Positions 1 to 8,677 of a DNA stretch of 64,000 bases are shown here, in pieces. Numbering within the stretch: position 1 is the first letter of the stretch; every line of letters begins with the position of its first letter. Location: positions 384,001 through 448,000 of the forward strand of contig OZ244042.1 of assembly GCA_965215015.1 (NCBI GenBank). The letters run 5' to 3'. This DNA comes from Candidatus Poribacteria bacterium (GTDB taxonomy: Bacteria > Poribacteria > WGA-4E > PCPOR2b). Below the pieces are notes generated by a model. It did not search any database. It had not been told where the DNA came from and saw only the letters and a list, made by a program, of their open reading frames with translations. A program made the position numbers and the translations under genes.

Positions 1-2
1 AA

Positions 3-845
3 AACGTCATTAATGAGACGACGGGACGGCATTTGGAAAGAGACATTGCTGAACCCACCACTGATATGGATGGTGGGACCATATTTTTCACGGAGCTGTC
101 GAATCGCTTCAAAAGCGTGGTTGCCATTCTCCGTGTCCACCCCAATCGGAAAGAATAACGGGTCAATGAAGATGTCCTCAGTCGCAATTCCCTCGTCGTT
201 TGCTGCATTTACCATACGTGAGGCATTGTCAACTCGCTCTTCGGGGTTCTGTGGCATTCCAGATTCACTGGCAGCTGTTACCATAACCTTCGTATTGTAC
301 TGTTTGGCAAGGTCTAACGCCTCAAGACGTTCCAGCGATGCAGAGTTGAGTAGTGCCCGCCCGACGCGACTATCATACACTTCAAGCCCCGCTGCGATAA
401 TTTCGGTGTTAGATGAGTCTATTGACAAAGGTGTATCAGACATCTGCTGAAGGGCTTGCACCAACCACCGCATGGCTTCCTTCTGCTCCTCAAGCCGCCA
501 CGAAATTTCATCCACATTAACATCAAGGAAATCGGTGCCGGTATCGACTTGCCGTTGAACGATTTTGTGTATGTACCCCACACCTTCGCTAGCGTGGGGT
601 TCCTCACCTGACATCGCCGCTTGAACCGCAATAATTACGTGTTTGACGCGCCCCTCCTCATATTCTTGCGATTCCTTGATAGATTCCGGGATGACAAGGT
701 AGCGGCGTTTTTTGTTCGTGTCCAAATAGCGGACAGATTCGAGTCCGTCTGGGTTGTTTGTAACCAGTTTTCCGTTTCGGCGTACCACCCGAGTAGTATG
801 GACATTCTCGCCAATAATGATAAAATCCTTACCGTTTAGTTGCAT
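3..845 (-). CDS. Pterin-binding methyltetrahydrofolate:corrinoid methyltransferase (AcsE/MetH pterin domain); 3' end runs off the window
   Basis: Not in the ORF track; translated by hand from ATG at 845 (RBS GAGGTG upstream): MQLNGKDFIIIGENVHTT...FLDVNVDE...PLSIDSSN...LLNSAS...DIFIDPLFFP...ISGGFSNVSFQMPSRRLINDVF. These are the DHPS-like TIM-barrel motifs of AcsE/MeTr. Confidence 0.88.
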   Translation of the reverse strand, partial: MQLNGKDFIIIGENVHTTRVVRRNGKLVTNNPDGLESVRYLDTNKKRRYLVIPESIKESQEYEEGRVKHVIIAVQAAMSGEEPHASEGVGYIHKIVQRQVDTGTDFLDVNVDEISWRLEEQKEAMRWLVQALQQMSDTPLSIDSSNTEIIAAGLEVYDSRVGRALLNSASLERLEALDLAKQYNTKVMVTAASESGMPQNPEERVDNASRMVNAANDEGIATEDIFIDPLFFPIGVDTENGNHAFEAIRQLREKYGPTIHISGGFSNVSFQMPSRRLINDV

Positions 846-916
846 CTTCACACCTCGTTACACTGTGCACGACTGACACCGGCTTCACCAATTGATATCC
901 GGCCCCATCCGCGGCA

Positions 917-2527
917 TCAGCTATCAGATTTTTTCTGAGCGTGATGGTCTCGCTCCAGAAAAGTGTTGCCCCAAGCACTTGTGCCGTTGAGGGCACCGTC
1001 CTTGAAAATCGCTGGACCGTCTAACATCGTTTCTTCTTCACCGTAGGCTTTGAGACGGTCATAAGCCCTTGCCCAGATACAGTCCTTCTCCCCGATTTCG
1101 CATTTGCCCTGACGAGTCCCGCCACACGGGCCGTTGCGCTGATTTTTCACACACTGAGATTCGGGACACAGATACGCAATATCGGGCAGTGAGCAGTCCC
1201 CGCAGTCCCGACAATCAAAAGCAGTAATCTTAACCGCCTGTTCCAAATCGTGCGCGGTTTTCTTTACACCCTCACTCGCCCCATCAATTGCCTGAGAAAT
1301 TCGCTTGCCGATATTGAATCCCACGCTCCCCTTTTCAAAAACTTGGTCATGCACCATGCGATTAATCTTATAGCTCAAGGCGATTTTCTGCTTGGCGGCT
1401 TTCAAACCTTCTGCCCGTTTTGAAAAGAGATACTCGCGATTAATCTCAGTTGAACTGAGTCCCGTTTCCGGTTCCGGCTCAAAGAAGTAAAATTCGTCGG
1501 GGTAGTGGAAGCAAATTTCCTGGGCAAAATCCTTCCAATCCTCATCCCCAAAGCGGTCTACTAGCTTCAAGATTCGCTCATAATCTGTGTAACGTATATG
1601 GCCCCCTAAGTATACGCCTCGATAGCCCAATCCTTTGGCGATGGCACACTGCTTGGCAGCAAACTCCAAGAGGAAGGCTTTGCCCTTGTCCTTTGATTTT
1701 GACTCTTTTTCAATCAGGTTGAGCAATGGGTCAGTTACAGTGACACCGGGGATATTACCCTTGTTGAAGAAACGAGCGGCGGGGCGACTGAGGACGTAGA
1801 CGTTGCCAATCACTGGCACGTGCAGATTGTGGGTCGCCATATATTTCAGCAATTCATCCTGTTTGCGCGAGTCATATCCAATCTGGTTGATGATAAACGC
1901 AGCACCGTTCTCAATCTTCTTTTTCAGTTTGAAATACTGGGGCATGACCTCGCGTTCGTAACGTTTGTGGTTGTTGACCACCGCACCCAATAAGAAATTG
2001 GTACGCTCCAGCACCTGTAATCTTTTCCCGGTGCCCACCGTCATACCGGCGTTCATGTCAACGAACATCTTCAGCAATCCCACTGAGTCGGTGTCAAAGA
2101 CGGGGCTCGCTTGACCACGATACCCATCGATCGGGTAATCGCCCGATAACGCTAGGATATTGTTAAACCCTTCACTGGCGAGCTGCCAAGCCCGGCTCTG
2201 AAGCGCGTTGCGGTTCCAGTCTTTGCAAGACAGATGGATAATCACTTCCTGACCCCGGGAGAGGAGATCTCGACCCAAAGTGTCGGGACCGACCATGGCA
2301 TTGCCGCCCGGATTGTCGGTAATACTCAGGCCATGTATGCGCGGATTGTCTGCCAGTTTTCGCGCTAACTCCAACACCCGACGCCCATCGGGATCGGCGA
2401 TAGTTCCACGCGAGGTCACCACTTCCACACAAGTGACAAATGTATCGGTCTCCTGGAGCAGGTAGCGGAATGAGGGCTTCTGCGAAGCATCACAGTTACG
2501 GTCTGTTTCGGTTGAGGAGGTGTTCAT
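917..2527 (-). CDS. metF: Methylenetetrahydrofolate reductase (MetF) with C-terminal Cys-rich MetV-like (MTHFR_C) domain
   Basis: ITDNPGG, HLSCKDWNR, NILALSGD and KKIENGAAFIINQ are MetF motifs; the C-terminal CRDCGDC...CPESQCVKNQRNGPCGG...C...CIW matches MetV/MTHFR_C. Confidence 0.9.
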   Translation of the reverse strand: MNTSSTETDRNCDASQKPSFRYLLQETDTFVTCVEVVTSRGTIADPDGRRVLELARKLADNPRIHGLSITDNPGGNAMVGPDTLGRDLLSRGQEVIIHLSCKDWNRNALQSRAWQLASEGFNNILALSGDYPIDGYRGQASPVFDTDSVGLLKMFVDMNAGMTVGTGKRLQVLERTNFLLGAVVNNHKRYEREVMPQYFKLKKKIENGAAFIINQIGYDSRKQDELLKYMATHNLHVPVIGNVYVLSRPAARFFNKGNIPGVTVTDPLLNLIEKESKSKDKGKAFLLEFAAKQCAIAKGLGYRGVYLGGHIRYTDYERILKLVDRFGDEDWKDFAQEICFHYPDEFYFFEPEPETGLSSTEINREYLFSKRAEGLKAAKQKIALSYKINRMVHDQVFEKGSVGFNIGKRISQAIDGASEGVKKTAHDLEQAVKITAFDCRDCGDCSLPDIAYLCPESQCVKNQRNGPCGGTRQGKCEIGEKDCIWARAYDRLKAYGEEETMLDGPAIFKDGALNGTSAWGNTFLERDHHAQKKSDS

Positions 2528-2835
2528 GATTGTTGCCTCGCTTGACGATGCTCAGGGTCAAAAACCTTCTGACTCACACCAGATCTTGCAATGAACATCT
2601 ACTATCTCGTTCAGTGTTGTCGTCGATATATCTCCGCATCCTTGAGATGCTTTTACTCCCTTAGATACGGAGTTGTTACATTGTTTCATTTCTGAATTTG
2701 TTGGAATCACAATAGGCATACGTTTCAAATAGTTTGCTGAATTGTTGGCTGCTGGGTTGAGTCGTAGCAGCTTCTCGTAACAGCCACATCTCGAGTTACC
2801 ATCTCCACCGAATGATTGTGCAATGGATAATTATT

Positions 2836-3633
2836 TCAGGCAAACAGCGGTGTCGGCTTTGGAGGACCGAAACCGAGTTCCACCAACCTCGATACCACTC
2901 GTCGGAGTCGAGGACGGTCACTGTTGACCATTTCTTCTGCCGGATGCAATGAATAGTTCCAACCCTCGTATAGCCCCTTTATGTAAGTGACTTGCTCATC
3001 TGTTACAGGGTTTGCCATAAAACTGATCGCATGTTGGGAGCGTCCCGGTGGGCCGCCGAACGCCCCATGCCATAGGGTTTCTGGAAAGATAATAACATCG
3101 CCGGGCTGCGATTCAACGACAACGCTAGGAACATCCACACCCGCAACCCCGAACGGCATCGCAGTCGGATTATCCTGCTGGACGGTCAACGGCTGTAACA
3201 GTTTCCTCAATTCTAGCTTATGAGACCCCGGGATGAAACGTAGTGCCCCTGTGTCTTTTGTATTTGGCTCAAGGTAAAACGCAATCTTGATGTGTAGCAC
3301 TGGTTCTGGATCCAGTCCCCCGCCGTGCCACTGCGTGTCGCCGACGTGGAGGTTGCCCTCGGTAGCGTTCAGGATGAACTCAGGCCCGAGAAGGTCTTCG
3401 CCCAGTCCATAGATACGGTCGTCCTCGATGAGCCACTGAAGTCGGGGATTCAACTCGAAGAACGGAATCATGGCTTGACGCTTTTCTCCGGGGAACGGCT
3501 CGCCTTGGCGGTTTTCCCGCAGAACCGCGTCGGACTCACGACGGATGACATCAATCTCCTGCGATGTGAATAGCTGTCGCAGAATAAGGAATCCAAACGT
3601 TTCAAAGTGCTGTTTCTGCTGAATCGTTAGCAT
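2836..3633 (-). CDS. PhyH-family Fe(II)/2-oxoglutarate enzyme with HxG iron motif (candidate halogenase)
   Basis: PhyH fold signatures FETFGFL, GALRFIPGSH, PGDVIIF and LWHG; proximal motif is WHGG rather than WHxD. Confidence 0.85.
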   Translation of the reverse strand: MLTIQQKQHFETFGFLILRQLFTSQEIDVIRRESDAVLRENRQGEPFPGEKRQAMIPFFELNPRLQWLIEDDRIYGLGEDLLGPEFILNATEGNLHVGDTQWHGGGLDPEPVLHIKIAFYLEPNTKDTGALRFIPGSHKLELRKLLQPLTVQQDNPTAMPFGVAGVDVPSVVVESQPGDVIIFPETLWHGAFGGPPGRSQHAISFMANPVTDEQVTYIKGLYEGWNYSLHPAEEMVNSDRPRLRRVVSRLVELGFGPPKPTPLFA

Positions 3634-3806
3634 GTTGGCCTCTTTTCCGGTTCAGAATTATGGCTGCCATTGTCCTACTCTTTGCATTCCGTAAAAATAA
3701 AGTCAAGGATTCCGAATACCTTAGCAGGATCGGTTATTGAATAAGCCAGCGGATGTTTCGCGAAAGTATTTGTCTCCAACTTGCCAAACCCACATCTGTT
3801 CAGGCA

Positions 3807-5744
3807 TCACACAAACTCCATCGGCATCGGCTTAAACTGGCAGCCCTCGACAAATACCTCGAAGAAGTCGGAGGTTGTCTCCAATTCTACATGTTCAATC
3901 CCTTTGACTAAACACTCAATAGCCTCACGTTTCTTGCGTGAGAGGAGGACCTCCTTCGCCCCTTGTACCGCAGCGTTACCAATCTTGACGATGCGATTTT
4001 CGTCTACCGGTGCCAAAAACCCAATCTCGATTGCATTACGAACATCCACATAATTGGCAAAACCACCCGCCAAATAGAGCCGACTCACATCCGCCGGATT
4101 GATCCCAAACTTTCGCATAACGATGAATTGGCCGCAGTAATTGGCAGCCTTCGCTTGAGCCAGATTGCTAGCATCTTCGCGGGAGAAGGTGATGCCGAAT
4201 TCCGGGACAATCGGTATCTCACGGGTTTTTCTGTCCCCGAATACGCCCATTGAGGTCATCTGTCTATTGCGACGGAGCTCTGCCAATAGATCGATTAAAC
4301 CGGAGCCGCAAATCCCTTGAGGTTCGACGCCGCCGATCGTGTTATATTCAATCTGACCGTCTTTCCATCGGATTGACTCGATCGCTTCGTTGTAGCCCGG
4401 CATCCCGTACTTAATGCCGCCCCCTTCAAAAGCAGGACCCGCCGGGCAAGAAGCCGCGATCAGCCGCTCAGGCTGTCCGACCAACACTTCGGTGTTCGTG
4501 CCAACATCCACCAGCATGATGACCTCCTTTTGGGATGCCATATCGAGTGCCACCAAATCCGCCGCGACATCAGCACCGACATGGCTGCCAATCAGCGGCA
4601 GTCCATACACCCACGCCTTCGGGTTGGCTCGGATTCCCAGCCGTCGTGTCTTCTCAATGAGTGAAGTAGTTTCGCGTTCACCGGCGTGATATTGGTGTTC
4701 AATTATCGACTGGTAAGGCTTTTGGCCGATGCTCTGCACATCCAACTTAAAGAAGAGGTCCCGCATCGTCGAGTTACCCACCACAACAATTTCATAAATT
4801 TCTTGGCGGACGAACCCTAACTCTCTACCCATTTCTTGGATTTCATGGTTGAGCGCATTAATGACCGCCCAGCGCAACTCCCCACCAAACTCGCCATCAT
4901 ACGAAATGCGGTGCATTATGTCGCTGCCGCCGAACCGTTGTGGGTTCTCAAAGGAACTGACGTGGACGCTCTCACCGGTCTCCAGATCGACCAAGTCGAT
5001 GACCACTGTTGTGGTGCCGAGGTCTATCGCCAAGCCGTAGATGTGGCCGCGGTATTTGTCGATAGCCTCATCATCATAGTAAACCATATTTTCGCGGCGC
5101 ATTACTAACGGATCAATGTGAAGAGGTTTTTCGTGGGTGCGGGTGAGGATCTTGGGGGTGCGCCGTAGCGGCGAGAACACTATATCGACATCGGCATCCT
5201 TAACCACCGCTTGGCAGGCGAGCCGATAATTCTCCCGTAAAAACGACTCGGCTTCGTTCCGTGGACGCAATGCCTCCATCCCCGCTTTAATCTCAACAAT
5301 ACATTCATGGCACTGTCCGGTGCGAAAGCAGGAGGTCGGCACTTGAACTGTGAGTTCATCGGCGTAATCAAAAATGGTTTTTCCGGCTGTGAGTGGACGC
5401 TTTTTGCCATCATGCCTTACTGTTCCCTTGCCATAGCTCACTTCACTGTCGATGAAAGCCCCCTCAGCAGCTTCGGTCTCCCACGCGGCCCGATAGTCGA
5501 TTTTATCGTCCCCGCCGCATAAGAGCAATTCCTCCTTTGGGACCCCACGGGTACTATCCTGCTGACCGACCAAATCCTTGCTAGACGGTCTTCGCTGGTT
5601 TCGACACCCAAACTTAGCAGTACACTGATCAAAACGGTTTTTATAAGGGCATCGATACATGGATTGCTCGTTGGCATGGTTCACCATGCTTGAGAACATC
5701 TCTGTTATTTTGTCTAAACGCTTCTGATATTCTGTTTTGTTCAT
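3807..5744 (-). CDS. ATP-dependent reductive activator of corrinoid enzymes (RACE; AcsV/RamA-like, ASKHA fold) with 2Fe-2S domain
   Basis: 2Fe-2S motif CFRTGQCHEC...RLACQ; AIDLGTTT, NPQRFGGSDIMHRI, VDVGTNTE, AGPAFEG, GICGSGLID, LAGGF. Confidence 0.92.
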   Translation of the reverse strand: MNKTEYQKRLDKITEMFSSMVNHANEQSMYRCPYKNRFDQCTAKFGCRNQRRPSSKDLVGQQDSTRGVPKEELLLCGGDDKIDYRAAWETEAAEGAFIDSEVSYGKGTVRHDGKKRPLTAGKTIFDYADELTVQVPTSCFRTGQCHECIVEIKAGMEALRPRNEAESFLRENYRLACQAVVKDADVDIVFSPLRRTPKILTRTHEKPLHIDPLVMRRENMVYYDDEAIDKYRGHIYGLAIDLGTTTVVIDLVDLETGESVHVSSFENPQRFGGSDIMHRISYDGEFGGELRWAVINALNHEIQEMGRELGFVRQEIYEIVVVGNSTMRDLFFKLDVQSIGQKPYQSIIEHQYHAGERETTSLIEKTRRLGIRANPKAWVYGLPLIGSHVGADVAADLVALDMASQKEVIMLVDVGTNTEVLVGQPERLIAASCPAGPAFEGGGIKYGMPGYNEAIESIRWKDGQIEYNTIGGVEPQGICGSGLIDLLAELRRNRQMTSMGVFGDRKTREIPIVPEFGITFSREDASNLAQAKAANYCGQFIVMRKFGINPADVSRLYLAGGFANYVDVRNAIEIGFLAPVDENRIVKIGNAAVQGAKEVLLSRKKREAIECLVKGIEHVELETTSDFFEVFVEGCQFKPMPMEFV

Positions 5745-5801
5745 CGGTTCATTCGTTCATCAATACATTGGTTCATTAATGAACCAATCTACCGATAAAT
5801 C

Positions 5802-6569
5802 CTACTCCTCGTCCCAATCCTCGTCATCTGCTTCAAGGAATTTCTTTGCCAGTGCCACGCATTCAAGGGCGTCCTTGCCGTACCCGTCCGCCCCCATATC
5901 ATCAGCGAACTCTTGGGTCACCGGGGCACCACCCACCATAATCTTAACCTCTTCCCGGAGATCTTCATCAATAAAGGCTTCGATTGTCTTGCCCATGTTC
6001 GGCATCGTTGTGGTCAGCAACGCCGACATTCCAAGTATGGGCGCCTCATGCTCCTCTACCGCTTCAATGAACTCATCGTCCGAAGTGTCCACGCCCAAAT
6101 CATGCACAATGAATCCTGCCCCCCGCAACATCATAATACAAAGGTTCTTGCCAATGTCGTGGAGATCCCCTTTCACCGTACCCATAATCACTGTCCCAAC
6201 AGGATCTATGCCGGAGGCGGATAGAATGGGTTCAATATACGTCATCCCAGCTTTCATGGCCCGCGCACAGGCGAGGACTTCCGGGACGAAGATAAAGTTC
6301 TCTCGAAACTTGATTCCGACAATCCCCATCCCTGCGATGAGCCCGTCATCCATGATTTCGAGCGCTTCGGTGCCCGCTTCCAAAGCGGCTTGGGTCAACT
6401 CATCCACACCATGGTTATCTCCGTCGATGAGTGATGCGGCGATATCCTGCATCTCGGGGGTCGCTTGGGCGAAGGTGTTAATGGTGCGCTCCCGCTCGTC
6501 AGGACGCTCAACAAACTCCTCAATCTCATCTATAATAAATTCATTCTGAATGTCAGTAATGTCTGCCAT
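5802..6569 (-). CDS. Corrinoid (B12-binding) protein, MtaC/MtbC-like
   Basis: Cap domain (GMGIVGIKF...FVPEV) plus DLHDIGKN (DxHxxG), GMSALLTTT and MVGGAP. Start moved to ATG 6569, which has a GGAG RBS. Confidence 0.93.
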   Translation of the reverse strand: MADITDIQNEFIIDEIEEFVERPDERERTINTFAQATPEMQDIAASLIDGDNHGVDELTQAALEAGTEALEIMDDGLIAGMGIVGIKFRENFIFVPEVLACARAMKAGMTYIEPILSASGIDPVGTVIMGTVKGDLHDIGKNLCIMMLRGAGFIVHDLGVDTSDDEFIEAVEEHEAPILGMSALLTTTMPNMGKTIEAFIDEDLREEVKIMVGGAPVTQEFADDMGADGYGKDALECVALAKKFLEADDEDWDEE

Positions 6570-6580
6570 AAATTTCTCCG

Positions 6581-7630
6581 TTAATTCGCATGTTCCTTGT
6601 GCCAATCCTGTACCGCTTTGGGAATCTCTTTGAGATTTTCAATAGCAGTTTGTAGCGGAATCGCACACTCTGGCCCGACAAGCTGCACGCCGGAGTCTAG
6701 ATTCTTGTAGACCTCTCCCCGAACGTCCTCTGGGCCCTTCGAGAAGAGTGTCTCAGGGTTATTAATGTTTCCCACCAGAGAGATTCGTTCCTTAACCACT
6801 TCCATAGACTCGCTGGGTTGGTTCTTAGAATCGTAATGGAAGGCTGCCATTCCTGTCTGAGCGATGTACTCCATTCTATCCACTGTCCGCCCACAAATAT
6901 GGAGAATCAGTGGGATGGGAATCCGATCGGCAAACTCAATATGCAGATCGCGGAGGTAACGCTTATAGTAGTCACCGTCGACGAGGTCACCCGTTGCGTG
7001 GTCGGGTAAGGTCAGCGCGTCTGCTCCCGCTTCAATCTGTGCCACACCAAACTCCACCGTGGCTTCCTTCATCCTGTCCAGAGCGAGTTTTGTTTTGCCC
7101 GGATCGTCCAGAGATAGCAGGAGAAAAGGTTCCACACCGAAACAGTGATAACCCAGCGACCACGGTCCCATGGTTTTTCCGATAACAGCGACATCATCGC
7201 CATATTCCTTCTTGAGGATTTTAATTGCGTCGAGTACGCACTTAGTATCCTGATGAGTCAGGAAATCTGATGGGAGCTTAATTTCATCGACATCCTCCCA
7301 GATCGGCTCACGCATTCTAACCGTGGGCCAATTGTCCTTCTGCTCCCATTGAATCTTACACCCAAGCGCAGAGGATTCTTGGATAATCGAAAAAACAGGC
7401 ATAATTGAATCGAAACCTAACTCAGTATGCCCGGTGGCGGCTAAACGGGCCATCAACTCAGGTTGACGGTTGGCCTCCGGGAATGGGGCCTCCACCAAGT
7501 CCATCAGCTCTACTGTGGCGACAGATGTTGGGTTGCAGACCGGGGTTCGGTCCACAGGCTCCCTCTTCAACGCTGCCAAAACCCGCTCTTTACCGGTCAT
7601 TGATTCGACTGTTTGTTTTTGGGTGCCCAT
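6581..7630 (-). CDS. MtaA/CmuA-family methyltransferase (uroporphyrinogen decarboxylase superfamily)
   Basis: ERVLAALKREPVDRTPV, GPWSL, QIEAGAD, Zn-binding ILHICG, GNINN, GPECAIP; lies directly upstream of the corrinoid protein. Confidence 0.9.
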   Translation of the reverse strand: MGTQKQTVESMTGKERVLAALKREPVDRTPVCNPTSVATVELMDLVEAPFPEANRQPELMARLAATGHTELGFDSIMPVFSIIQESSALGCKIQWEQKDNWPTVRMREPIWEDVDEIKLPSDFLTHQDTKCVLDAIKILKKEYGDDVAVIGKTMGPWSLGYHCFGVEPFLLLSLDDPGKTKLALDRMKEATVEFGVAQIEAGADALTLPDHATGDLVDGDYYKRYLRDLHIEFADRIPIPLILHICGRTVDRMEYIAQTGMAAFHYDSKNQPSESMEVVKERISLVGNINNPETLFSKGPEDVRGEVYKNLDSGVQLVGPECAIPLQTAIENLKEIPKAVQDWHKEHAN

Positions 7631-7639
7631 AACTTCCTC

Positions 7640-8275
7640 CTAATTCTGTTGGCTTGGGGCTGCAAGGATGCCACGTACGGATGCCATCTCCTGCTCCCGT
7701 ACGATGGCTCGTACATTCGGGGCACGGACGAGCAGTAAGCCAAGGAGCACATCGTGGGAGTGGCCACACGGAAACGCGACCTTGTCGAGGGTTCCATCCA
7801 CCTCTTCCATCTCTCCTAGTTTCATTAACCCCCCAGCAATGGCAGAGATGCGCCGGTCAGCGCGTCTGCCCTCGCCATCAGCCCGCACTTGGTAAATCCC
7901 TTCTCCAAGACTATCAACCGTGATGGTTAATCCTGACTTTTTGTCCAAAATCTGCAAGGGACGGGGTTCCACCGAATCGTTCGGGGAGAGCTTACACGCC
8001 TCCAGAAAAGCGCGTCTGCAAGCCAGTTGATGTCCCATACCACAGGGAAACCGGAGCAGCCCATTCGCGTCCATAACCAAGTTCCCCAAGCGTGTCATCG
8101 CATCAACCACAAACTGAATACGCTCTTGAGCCCCTTCCATCTGGCTGTAGGTATGCACTAAAAATAGGGGACTCTCATCGCGCCCCTGTTGGTATAAGGC
8201 GATTGTTATATCGTGGAAATGAGGGTCCATCGGGACCAATTCAATGCGTTTCCCAATATCGACCGTTTGACCCAT
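7640..8275 (-). CDS. Hypothetical protein with internally duplicated FPCGxxH motif; first gene of the corrinoid operon
   Basis: Long ORF with GAGGAGG RBS before ATG 8275; 9 bp gap to the next gene; LRFPCGMGH and VAFPCGHSH repeats. Confidence 0.8.
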   Translation of the reverse strand: MGQTVDIGKRIELVPMDPHFHDITIALYQQGRDESPLFLVHTYSQMEGAQERIQFVVDAMTRLGNLVMDANGLLRFPCGMGHQLACRRAFLEACKLSPNDSVEPRPLQILDKKSGLTITVDSLGEGIYQVRADGEGRRADRRISAIAGGLMKLGEMEEVDGTLDKVAFPCGHSHDVLLGLLLVRAPNVRAIVREQEMASVRGILAAPSQQN

Positions 8276-8416
8276 GGCTACCTCCTCGTTAGGAATGAAT
8301 CGAGTGCCGATTTCGTTGGATTGTTCCAATGCCTACGAAACCGTGGATCCACAATTCCGTAAGCGTTGTTCGAACGTAACGGAATCAGGACCGGTTGGCG
8401 GCTAGATTATAATTTT

Positions 8417-8677
8417 TGCTCATGTAGGAGTTACGCACGTGAGCTTGTAGTCGCGCAATTCAACCCGCGTCTTTAAGGGAGTCGGCATACGCCCTATGCC
8501 GTACCCCCCCTAAGAACACCCCCGCTTGAGGAGGGTCTATGAGTCACCGACAATACGAGGGGTTGAACGTTCAACTACCTAAATCCGATCATGTTAAGAA
8601 ATCGTGCAACAGAAACCAAATTTTCAAGAAAAACTCGGTTTCTACTAGCGTTTTGCACTTTACTTTTTACATGAACT
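8417..8677. mobile_element. MITE family A copy interrupted by a family B element
   Basis: Ends TGCTCATG...CATGAACT, flanked by identical 8-bp ATAATTTT at 8409-8416 and 8678-8685; the part 8589-8677 matches the 32366-32454 copy. Confidence 0.75.
8425..8588. mobile_element. MITE/REP composite family B nested in family A
   Basis: Imperfect TIRs TAGGAGTTACGCAC and revcomp TCGGATTTAGGTAG, flanked by TCATG(T) duplication; core GTAGTCGCGCAATTCA...GAGTCGGCATACGCC recurs near 9785 and 29168. Confidence 0.7.

Noticed and set aside
13-839. Short ORFs 13-450, 419-631 and 621-839
   Set aside because: They overlap the real minus-strand AcsE-like frame that the ORF track missed.
5737-6549. 270-aa plus-strand ORF
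   Set aside because: Antisense shadow of the corrinoid protein gene; Ser-rich with no motifs.
3-8275. Complete Wood-Ljungdahl pathway or methanogenesis
   Set aside because: No acsA/B/C/D, fhs, folD or mcr genes are visible in the window.
8276-8416. Cobalamin, SAM or THF riboswitch upstream of the corrinoid operon
   Set aside because: A hairpin is possible (ATTCCGT...ACGGAAT), but I could not recognise a B12-box or other riboswitch core. An Rfam cmscan would be decisive.
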